Shown here piece after piece: positions 1 to 9,251 of a DNA stretch of 43,407 bases. Origin of the DNA: Fimbriimonadales bacterium (lineage in GTDB: Bacteria; Armatimonadota; Fimbriimonadia; Fimbriimonadales; ATM1). The notes beneath the pieces are model-generated. The model saw nothing but the letters and a program-made list of their open reading frames with translations, was not told the origin of the DNA and made no database searches. A program made the translations under genes and the position numbers. Each line of letters starts with the position of its first letter. Within the stretch, counting starts at the first letter, position 1. The stretch covers positions 1 to 43,407 of the forward strand of contig JBPCLO010000025.1 of the NCBI GenBank assembly GCA_051003155.1, read 5' to 3'.

Positions 1-2
1 TC

Positions 3-356
3 TACTTCGACATCCTGGGTGGCGAGGGCGAGCCCACGGGCAAGCTGCGCGACATGATCGACCGCGATTTCGGCAGCCTCGAAAATTGGCAGAAGGACCT
101 CAAAGCCACCGGCATGGGCGGCCGCGGGTGGGCTTGGCTCGCCTACGACCGCGAGGAGAAGGGCCTATTCAACTACATCGGCGATGCCCAGAACACATTC
201 GCCATGTGGAACACAGTGCCCCTGGTCGGACTCGACGTCTATGAGCACGCCTACTACCTTGATTTCGGCACTGCACGTGCCTCGCACATCGATGCGTTCC
301 TCAAGGTGATTGACTGGAATGCAGTTACGAAGCGGTTCGCCTCGGCTGCCGCATAG
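3..356 (+). CDS. Fe/Mn superoxide dismutase family protein, C-terminal part (5' end outside window)
   Basis: Frame open from window start: YFDILGG...IDRDFGS..W; metal-ligand motif DVYEHAYYLD. Confidence 0.9.
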   Translation, partial: YFDILGGEGEPTGKLRDMIDRDFGSLENWQKDLKATGMGGRGWAWLAYDREEKGLFNYIGDAQNTFAMWNTVPLVGLDVYEHAYYLDFGTARASHIDAFLKVIDWNAVTKRFASAAA

Positions 357-455
357 GCAGGCAGAGACTCTGAGGCAGTCCCGAGCGTGCGATCTTCAGG
401 AGTCACATACGGCTTGCTTTAGATCTCGGCGGCTACGTCGACAAAGCCGGAGCGG

Positions 456-1785
456 CTAAGGGAGCTTTTCGACTAAGTTCTGCTCGACCCTGAGCAGGCG
501 GCTGGCGGTGTGTACGTGCCCGAACATGTCCGTGGCGCGAACGGATAGGCGGTGCGAGCCTTTGGGCAGGTCTGCGGGTAGCTGCGCCTCCCAATAGTGC
601 GGCGACTTTATCGGCATCGGGAGCGGACGGTACGGCGCCTTCATCGCAAGGTCGCGGGTGTAAGCGGCCGAATACTCGGGATCCGGTTTTGCGACCTTGT
701 CCATCGGCAGCCACTCGCCATTGCCCACGCGCATCTCCACCTTCGTCCGTTCGTTGCCGGCGAAAAAATTGACGCCGACCACCTCGCTTCCGTTCGACGA
801 AACGCTTTCGCCGACATAGATGTTCATCTGGTAATCGCTCGGACGGCGAGCCGCGCGAAACTCGATCGAGTACTCGTGGCCATCGAACGTGAAGATGCTG
901 TAGCCGTTCGGCGCTCCGTCGCGCATCGTCGCATGCGGAATCCCGAGTTCATCCGGTGAGCCTTGCCACCAGCTCCCGCAGACGGTTACGTTGAACACGT
1001 GATGATGCGGCTTTGGCCCGCGCCAGCCGTCCTGCTTCGTGATGAATTTGTGCTCTTGATAATGCGTATGGGCGCTCACGCTCACCGCATACGGCCGCAT
1101 TTCGATCAAACGATACAGCTCCTGCCGATCCTCGACCTCGACCAACGGGATGTGCATCATGAGCACGACCAACTGATCTTTCGGAATCATCTCGAGATCG
1201 CGCCTAATCCACGCCATCTGCTTCGGCCCCAGCCCGCCGACATATCTGCCCCTGTCGGTCGCGCTGGCGCCGGTCCACTTCACATCGTCCAGACCACAAA
1301 GTGCGTCGGTCCACATCTCGTTTGTCCCGAGGCTGCGTGTCGCCGAAGAAGAGCGCCTTGAACCTGTCAGGCTCCCTTTGCGGCTGGAGCGGAAAGTCGA
1401 TCGACTTCGGAAGCGGCCCGGTCGGCTTTACACCGCCATACTTCACCTGCGGGGATCCATTCGGCTTGTGGATGTAATAGAACTTCGGAAGCTTGTGATA
1501 GTCGGTCGGCGTCATCCATCCGCGCGGCTTGATCACGAAGAAGGCTGTGTCGTTGCCATGCTCCAAAGCCCACTTGCCTTCGGGATCCGTCCGCACGATA
1601 TGCTGCCCGTTGCTTACCCGAACGCCGCGTAAGCCCGGCTCCCGTGGATCCCGAAAACCATCCCCATCTTTGTCATGAAACACAGAGCCCAGCGCAAATT
1701 GAGGCTGCGCAGGAAGCTGCCGATATGCCAACCACCCAGCCGCCCCCAACCCCAAAGCAACGGTTGTAACCAAACCCCTCCGCAT
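456..1785 (-). pseudogene. Calcineurin-like metallophosphoesterase (MetallophosN-Metallophos-MetallophosC type) with internal deletion and frameshift
   Basis: N-terminal ORF 1204-1785 (signal peptide, VFHDKDGDG..EPGL.GV.VSNG, FFGDTQP) jumps directly to GPTHFVV/LDDVKW. The C-terminal ORF 456-1316 has MHIP, SAHTH and VCGSWW. The GD and GNHD motifs are missing. Confidence 0.75.
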
Positions 1786-1806
1786 TCCACGAACCTTACC
1801 CAGACA

Positions 1807-1856
1807 CCTCTCCCCTTGTGGGTGAGTCCAGTGAATTTGCGAACCGAGTGAGGGGT
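1807..1856 (+). repeat. Degenerate CCCTCTCCC...GAGGGG-type intergenic palindromic repeat
   Basis: cctctccccttgtgggtgag...gagtgagggg resembles the widespread CCCTCTCCC-N-GGGAGAGGG-N-GGTGAGGG element. Confidence 0.4.
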
Positions 1857-1900
1857 CCTCGGAACGTTAACATCCGCTTATCAGTTACAATTAACACCGA

Positions 1901-2452
1901 ATGCGTTCGAAAATCCCCGTAATCATAGGCGCCGCCGCAGCGGTTGCGCTAGCCGCATTCGTAGCCGTCGCCCAATCGGGCGCCAACCCCACGCCGCCCG
2001 CCAAGCCGAAATACGGCAAACTTCACCTCTGGGCGGAGGTTGGCAGCTTCACGTTGGAAGGCGAGGGCAAAGTCGTGCTCAGTTTCGACGGCACGCTTCT
2101 CCTTTCCAACCATTCGGGGCCACCCCCGCAGATCACGGGCAGTATCCGCAAGGAGTTCGACGACATGGGCCGCCAGGTCTGGTTCGGCTCCGGCAAGGCA
2201 GTCATCGAGGGCAGGTGGCGGCACCTCAACTGGTTCGGCAAGAAGATGGACTGCGTATGGATAGGTTCCGGCGACGCGATGACGTTCGGCGAATACGACG
2301 CCAAGAACCAGACCGGCTTTGCCCAGATCGACGATCTCCCCAAGATGCCCTGGCTGACCACCGGATTCACGTTTTATATCCCGCAAGAACGCAGCCCCTA
2401 CCGCAACGCCAAACCCGCGCCCCCGAGGATGGAGCGGGGCGACGTCGGGTAA
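1901..2452 (+). CDS. Hypothetical secreted protein
   Basis: 183-aa ORF, N-terminal signal peptide ending AVA-Q, host-like codon usage. Confidence 0.75.
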   Translation: MRSKIPVIIGAAAAVALAAFVAVAQSGANPTPPAKPKYGKLHLWAEVGSFTLEGEGKVVLSFDGTLLLSNHSGPPPQITGSIRKEFDDMGRQVWFGSGKAVIEGRWRHLNWFGKKMDCVWIGSGDAMTFGEYDAKNQTGFAQIDDLPKMPWLTTGFTFYIPQERSPYRNAKPAPPRMERGDVG

Positions 2453-3958
<1,506 letters not shown>

Positions 3959-3961
3959 TCG

Positions 3962-4360
3962 ATGGCGAACACGTTCCAACTCTCCGTCGTCGCACCCGAC
4001 AAAACGATCGTCGACGAAGTCACCGAGTCGGTGACCGCGCCCGGCGTTCAGGGCTACTTCGGCGTGCTCGCGGGGCACGAGCCTTTCGTTACACAGCTTA
4101 AGTCCGGCGTCGTCGCGTACCTAGACGGCGCCGGCCAGGAGCAGAAAGTGGCGGTCTCCGGCGGCTTCGTCGAAGCTAGCGGTGACCACGTGATCATCCT
4201 CGCCGATTCCGCGGAGCGCGGCGTGGACATCGACCGAGCCCGAGCCGAAAGCGCCGCCTCCCGTGCCAAAGACCGCCTCGCAAACCGCGACGGCATCGAC
4301 ACCCCCCGCGCCAAATCCGCCTTAGAACGCGCCGAAAACCGGCTCCGTTTGGCGAAATAG
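3962..4360 (+). CDS. atpC: F1 ATP synthase epsilon subunit
   Basis: Follows atpD; PG..G.FGVLAGHEP, VSGGFVE, C-terminal RA..AL.RA.NRL. Confidence 0.96.
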   Translation: MANTFQLSVVAPDKTIVDEVTESVTAPGVQGYFGVLAGHEPFVTQLKSGVVAYLDGAGQEQKVAVSGGFVEASGDHVIILADSAERGVDIDRARAESAASRAKDRLANRDGIDTPRAKSALERAENRLRLAK

Positions 4361-4442
4361 CGTTCGTGGTTGGTGGTTAGGGGTTGGCCATCGACCCGGA
4401 GGGCGAAGATTCAGCTAGCCATCTGCACTTACCAATCGCGCG

Positions 4443-4665
4443 AGCCCGTCACCCGGACAGATTCGCTGCGGAGACTTCGGCGAATCGAACATCGCCCGCG
4501 AACCTGTCCGGGCCACCCACCCGCAGCCCATCACCCGATTACACAACCTATTGAAACTCGACAGCTAGCTGTAATGTTTCAACATGGAAGCTCGTCACCC
4601 GGACAGATTCGCTGCGGAGAATTCGGCAAGCGAACATCGAAAGAGCGAACCTGTCCGGGCCACCC
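4443..4665 (-). repeat. Two tandem ~76-nt REP-like hairpins (4443-4518, 4589-4665) with a GGGTGG foot on the minus strand
   Basis: Both copies read cccggacagattcgc...gcgaacctgtccggg followed by ccaccc; 15-bp stem with one mismatch. Confidence 0.85.
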
Positions 4666-4787
4666 GTCGTAGGGCGTCGGTAAATCGCGGCATGCGACTA
4701 TGTGTAACGCTCTTTGAAGCACACACGTCTTCAGCGACCCGTAGCCCGACACACGGACGACGGCAGCCACCTCGTGTACATAATTAT

Positions 4788-6473
4788 CTAGTAACGCTGG
4801 CTAACCGCAAGTCGCAATTGCTGGGTCAGTATGAATGGATCGGCCGGAAGCAATCGAAGGCCCGCGGCACCGTCTTCTGACGGCGTGAGCCGGTCGTACG
4901 CGGCCAAGACAATCCCTTCTTCGTCGTCAATCTGGGTGGTTTGTAGCGCGTGGATTACCTCCTTGCAGGCGGTGCTTGGACCCAGCACCCCGACCGCGGC
5001 GATGTATTCCCTGAATAGGCGTGGCCCACCGCCATTACGCGCCAGTTCCAATGCAGGTCCCATGTCTCTTGTACGACTGTATAGTGTCCTAAGCGCGCTC
5101 CCGCGCAAGGTAGGGCAATTAGCGGATGAACGCGCCATTTCTTCAAGCTTCGCACTAGGAATCTGCCTCTCATAAGACGCAGCAAGCTCAGGGACACACA
5201 TCATGTCTAGTAGCCGTGCTTTATCGACATCCAAGGGGTATTTGCCATGTTGGAAGGCATCGTAAGCGGCATCGAATACTGCAGCTCGGTCGGGGAGCAT
5301 CAGCAGAATGTCGCACCATTGACCGAGAGCGTCTTTAGATCGGCGATAGCTCTGAACGAAGCTGCGCAAAACCAACTTCTGGGTTTCCGACGCGCCAACG
5401 TTGTCAAGAGCAAAGAGTTCGCGCAAACGGTTAAGCAAGAACTTATCCAGTGATGTCTGCGGGGTGCCGGCGCTTGCCCGCTCAAAGATCAAGCCGCAAA
5501 TGAAGCTGCATTTTGTCGAGGTAGTCGCAGATCCTAAGTCCTTGTAAAACGTTTCGCGTACCAGTTTGAAGTCTTCCCAGGCGCTCAATTCGTGATTGCG
5601 GTCTAGGTGCTTCGACTTGCTGTCGTTGAACACGAGACCAAGCTCGCCGATTGCCCCAAGCGTCTCCCGGTATGCCGCCTCAACTTTGCTGGGATAATTG
5701 TCAAACCACCAGTATTCGTCCACCCACCGCATGGTGTGCTCGCATCTTGCAGAAGCGCTCTTATCGGCATCAATGAGCAAGAGGTCTCCGAAGAAGAAAG
5801 ACGTCTGTGGGCCAGCGGGTAAGCCATCCTTTTCACCCATAACTGCCCTAAGTAATCGGCCGAAGTCATTGATCCTCGCCTCCATTGCTGGAAACCATCG
5901 CTTAAGCTCCCCCAAGAGCTTTGGTTGGCGCACATTATCAAAATAGCGGCTGACATCAGCGGTAAGTCCGGAAAGGCCGTCCTTTTCATGTAAACCTATT
6001 CGCCGAACGAGCTTTAGCCGTTGTTCGTCAAACTTCTTCCATCGTTGTCGGTCATTCGGCTTCTTTTCCGGATAGAGCCTCTTCGGAATCGATTCGTCGA
6101 AACGGAATGAGTAGCAGGAGCCTGACCATTCGGATCTTGCGCAAAGTGCAAACTCTCTGGCCATGAGCTCATAAGCGATTTGGCTAGCCAGCGTCAGACG
6201 CGCGTGAGTGCGAAAGCTATATTGCTTCTTCGCCCCGAGTATAAACGTAGCGGAATTAGCCGATCCAGCGCGGTAGTATTGATCTCCCAGCTTTGCAATC
6301 CTGGCCCGAAGTTCACGCTCTTGGAAAAGGAGGTCAACCGGAAGCGGCCTCGGAAGCGGAAGTCCATCAATCTCACGGGCCGCCTCCCTCACGTAATTCA
6401 GGGCGAGGGTTGCCGAGTTGTCCAACATATCAGGATGAGCCATTAAACCTTTATCCTTGGCCGGCATGCTCAT
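4788..6473 (-). CDS. Reverse transcriptase, UG/Abi (defence-associated RT-like) class, atypical WVDE active-site motif, alpha-helical C-terminal region
   Basis: RT motifs in correct order: KKQYSFR, YSFRF, LTADVSRYFDNV, GLPAGPQTSFFFGDLLL, RWVDE, GLVFNDSKSK. ~270-aa helical tail. Start could be 6473, 6467 or 6443. Confidence 0.88.
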   Translation of the reverse strand: MSMPAKDKGLMAHPDMLDNSATLALNYVREAAREIDGLPLPRPLPVDLLFQERELRARIAKLGDQYYRAGSANSATFILGAKKQYSFRTHARLTLASQIAYELMAREFALCARSEWSGSCYSFRFDESIPKRLYPEKKPNDRQRWKKFDEQRLKLVRRIGLHEKDGLSGLTADVSRYFDNVRQPKLLGELKRWFPAMEARINDFGRLLRAVMGEKDGLPAGPQTSFFFGDLLLIDADKSASARCEHTMRWVDEYWWFDNYPSKVEAAYRETLGAIGELGLVFNDSKSKHLDRNHELSAWEDFKLVRETFYKDLGSATTSTKCSFICGLIFERASAGTPQTSLDKFLLNRLRELFALDNVGASETQKLVLRSFVQSYRRSKDALGQWCDILLMLPDRAAVFDAAYDAFQHGKYPLDVDKARLLDMMCVPELAASYERQIPSAKLEEMARSSANCPTLRGSALRTLYSRTRDMGPALELARNGGGPRLFREYIAAVGVLGPSTACKEVIHALQTTQIDDEEGIVLAAYDRLTPSEDGAAGLRLLPADPFILTQQLRLAVSQRY

Positions 6474-6494
6474 GTCCGCCGTCCGTCACTGATG

Positions 6495-6577
6495 TCCGGT
6501 TCTCCTAATGGGTAAGCCGCTGACTGGATGCACTGGCAGCGTCCAGACGGGATGACGACATTTGCGGGTGAACCGGA
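6495..6577 (-). other. Nested stem-loop in the RT 5' region (candidate ncRNA)
   Basis: tccggttc 6495-6502 pairs with gaaccgga 6570-6577, enclosing ctggatgc 6524-6531 / gcgtccag 6539-6546. Confidence 0.4.
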
Positions 6578-6607
6578 ACCCCTTGGCTTTCTGAAGCTTC
6601 GCCCTCC

Positions 6608-6642
6608 ATCGGCAATCGGCAATCGGCAATCGGCAGCCGGCA
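6608..6642. repeat. Heptamer tandem repeat (ATCGGCA)x4 plus one degenerate unit
   Basis: Directly visible at 6608-6635, then gccggca. Confidence 0.95.
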
Positions 6643-6658
6643 GTGGCCGGTCGTCCGC

Positions 6659-7423
6659 CTAGGACTGGCCCTGGTTCATCCGGTTCTCGAGTTCGTCGAG
6701 CTGCTTGTCGACGTCCGCCACCTCGACCGGAGTCGTGGCGGCTTCGTGGGCTTCGGCGGGGGCGGCCATGCCGAGGCGCTCTTCGAGCTTCTTGAGTTCT
6801 TCCTCAGCGGCGTAGTCGAACGACTTGTCTTCCATCGCCATCACTTTTCCCTGGAGGCTCTCCGTCATCATTTCCTGGCGGGCGGCCGCTTCGCTTTTCA
6901 CGTCGCGAATGCGCTCGGCCGCGGCTTCGAACGTGCCGAACTGGGCCTCGGTCGTGAAGCCTTCCAGCGCCTTGTTGATGCTCGTTTCGATTTGGGCCTG
7001 CTTGTATTGGGCCTTCATCGCGAGCGCTTCGGCGGTCTTCTTACGCGTCTCTTCTTCCTGGCGGCGGATAGCGACCTTGACGACGTCGACTGTCTGGTTC
7101 GCCTGGCCCAATGAAGCCCTTAGGCTTTCTAGAGTGTTGGCGTAGTTCGCCTTCTCGCGCAGAAATTGACGCGCGAGGTCGCGGTTGTCCTGCTTGAGCG
7201 ACATGATTGCCTGCTGCTCGAGCTGGGCCGTTTTGCGCTCGTGGTCGTCGACCATCGCCTGCAGGTTGTTGCGCTGGGTGATGGCCTGTACAGCCTTCTC
7301 CTTATTGTCGCGCAGGGTGTCTTGCATGTCGCGGCGTGCCTGATCCAGCATGAGGTCCGGGTCTTCCAGTCGGTTCATCATGCGGTTGAAAATTGCTTTT
7401 ATCCAGTTGAAGAATCTGCCCAT
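6659..7423 (-). CDS. pspA: PspA/IM30 family protein
   Basis: N-terminal MGRFFNWIKA..N...LEDPDLMLDQA, long coiled coil, C-terminal EL..L motifs. Confidence 0.9.
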   Translation of the reverse strand: MGRFFNWIKAIFNRMMNRLEDPDLMLDQARRDMQDTLRDNKEKAVQAITQRNNLQAMVDDHERKTAQLEQQAIMSLKQDNRDLARQFLREKANYANTLESLRASLGQANQTVDVVKVAIRRQEEETRKKTAEALAMKAQYKQAQIETSINKALEGFTTEAQFGTFEAAAERIRDVKSEAAARQEMMTESLQGKVMAMEDKSFDYAAEEELKKLEERLGMAAPAEAHEAATTPVEVADVDKQLDELENRMNQGQS

Positions 7424-7502
7424 AGGCGTAGCTTTTCCACTCCCTGTTCGGGATTATACTACGGAGCCCGAGCCCGGAGGGATTCAGCGGTAAACTTCGG
7501 GC

Positions 7503-8378
7503 GTGAAGTTCACTGCCGCCGCGGTTCAAATCGCTCCCGCAAAAGGCGACTACCGCGGCAACGTCGCCCGGGTTGCGGAGGCGATCGTAACTGCAGCCGG
7601 AGAAGGCGCCGACCTGGCCGTCTTCCCCGAAGCTTCGCTTACCGGTTACTTCTTGGAGGGCGGCGTCGCCGATGTCGCGGGTCCGGTTTCGCGAGTTGTA
7701 TCGGATATTGAGGAGCAGCTCGCGGGGAAGCTAAACCGCCCGGTGGACGCGGTGATCGGCTTCTTCGAGCGCAGCGACGGAAACATTTATAACGCCGCTG
7801 CTCACATCGAGTTCGGTCCCGGCAAAGCCCGGCTGGTCCATGTGCACCATAAGTTCTTCCTGCCCACTTACGGCGTGTTCGACGAGGAGCGGTTCGTTTC
7901 GCGGGGCCGGGATATTTCGGCCTACGACACCCGGTTCGGCAGGTTCGCGCTGCTCATTTGCGAGGACGTCTGGCACTCGATAACACCGACGATCGCGGCT
8001 CTTAAAGGCGCCTTGGTGATCGTGGCGATTGCGGCATCGCCTGCGCGTGATTTCTCGGGCGACGAGATCGGCAACCTCGCGACCTACCACAAGCTTATCA
8101 CCGGCATCAGCCAGGAGCACGGCGTTTGGACGGTCAACGCGATGCTCGTGGGGTTCGAGGGTGGCAAGGGTTTCGTGGGCGGAAGCATCATCGCCGACCC
8201 ATATGGCAATATTGTTGCAAAAGGACCCGTCGGCGAGGAGTTTATGCTGGTTTCGGAAGTCGATATGGACTTGATCGGCATCGTCCGGGAGCGTTCTCCG
8301 ATGCTGGCGGACCTGGTCAGCGTGCTCGAGGACGTGACCCGCGAGATCGACGACGTGAACGAGGCGACGTGTCCCTAA
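7503..8378 (+). CDS. Carbon-nitrogen hydrolase (nitrilase superfamily), probable glutaminase partner of NadE
   Basis: E-K-C triad motifs VFPE, HKFFLPTYGVFDEERF, LICEDVWH; overlaps the nadE start. Confidence 0.9.
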   Translation: MKFTAAAVQIAPAKGDYRGNVARVAEAIVTAAGEGADLAVFPEASLTGYFLEGGVADVAGPVSRVVSDIEEQLAGKLNRPVDAVIGFFERSDGNIYNAAAHIEFGPGKARLVHVHHKFFLPTYGVFDEERFVSRGRDISAYDTRFGRFALLICEDVWHSITPTIAALKGALVIVAIAASPARDFSGDEIGNLATYHKLITGISQEHGVWTVNAMLVGFEGGKGFVGGSIIADPYGNIVAKGPVGEEFMLVSEVDMDLIGIVRERSPMLADLVSVLEDVTREIDDVNEATCP

Positions 8379-9229
8379 AGGTAATCCGTTCGGGGGCGTA
8401 CTCACCGGAATCCGATGAGGCGCTCCGAATCAACCCGGAGATTGTGTGCTCGTGGCTGGTCGCTTTCCTCAAGGACGAGTGTATTCGCAGGCGCGGGATG
8501 AGGAAGGCGATAATCGGGCTCTCCGGTGGAGTGGATTCGGCAGTCGTTGCCCACCTCTGCGCGCTCGCCTTCGGCCCCGAGAACACGCACGTCTTCCGCC
8601 TCCCTTATAAGATCAGTTCCCAAGAAAGCATGGACCACGCGCAACTCGTCGTGAATCAGTCGGGGGTCGTTGAGAGGACGATCGACATCACCGGCATGGT
8701 GGACGGCTACCTGGCTCGAGAACCCGACGCCGAAGCCACGCGGATCGGGAATATCTGCGCGCGTTCGCGGATGATCGTGCTCTTCGACCAAAGCGCGAAG
8801 CTCGGCGGCTTGCCGGTCGGGACGGGCAACAAGACCGAGCGGCTATTCGGCTATTACACCTGGCACGCCGACGACGCGCCGCCGATCAACCCTCTGGGCG
8901 ACCTTTTCAAATCGCAGGTGTATCACCTGGCGCGGTATTTGAAGTTGCCCGAAGAGATTCTGAGTAAACCACCGACCGCTGACCTGGTGAAGGGCCAGAC
9001 CGACGAGGGCGATTGGGGAATAACTATTCAGCGCGCGGACCGGATTCTCGTTCTCTTGACCGGCGGGTACTCCCCCGACAAGCTGGTCGAGATGGGCTTC
9101 GCGCAGAACGACGTGGAGATTGTGCGCAAACGGGTGGCAGGCACGCATTGGAAGAGACGGCTTCCCACCGTGGCGATGATTTCGACGACCGCCATCGGTG
9201 AGTACTACCTGCGCCCGGTGGATTACTGA
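8369..9229 (+). CDS. nadE: NAD+ synthetase
   Basis: GLSGGVDSAV, GNICARSRM, GTGNKTE, PLGDLFKSQV, KPPTADL..GQTDE; GTG start at 8369 inferred. Confidence 0.95.
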   Translation: MSLKVIRSGAYSPESDEALRINPEIVCSWLVAFLKDECIRRRGMRKAIIGLSGGVDSAVVAHLCALAFGPENTHVFRLPYKISSQESMDHAQLVVNQSGVVERTIDITGMVDGYLAREPDAEATRIGNICARSRMIVLFDQSAKLGGLPVGTGNKTERLFGYYTWHADDAPPINPLGDLFKSQVYHLARYLKLPEEILSKPPTADLVKGQTDEGDWGITIQRADRILVLLTGGYSPDKLVEMGFAQNDVEIVRKRVAGTHWKRRLPTVAMISTTAIGEYYLRPVDY

Positions 9230-9251
9230 GCCCCTGGTAAAATCGGCGCTC

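Noticed and set aside
4443..4665. CRISPR array or RT-Cas1 context
   Set aside because: Only two units of ~76 nt with a ~70-nt spacer; no cas genes and no Cas1 fusion
4788..6473. Group II intron, retron or DGR reverse transcriptase
   Set aside because: No YADD, no recognisable maturase/domain V, no NAxxH or VTG motifs, no TR/VR pair or avd gene
6474..6658. Known riboswitch or tRNA in the RT leader
   Set aside because: No recognisable consensus of a known family; kept only as a candidate ncRNA
8126..8368. N-terminal extension of nadE
   Set aside because: Overlaps the nitrilase in another frame and is low-complexity Arg/Gly; GTG 8369 is the plausible start
7503..8378. Nitrilase near the RT as a DRT1/UG1/UG5-style RT-nitrilase system
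   Set aside because: Opposite strand, separated by pspA, host-like composition and overlapping nadE; it is best explained as the NAD synthetase glutaminase
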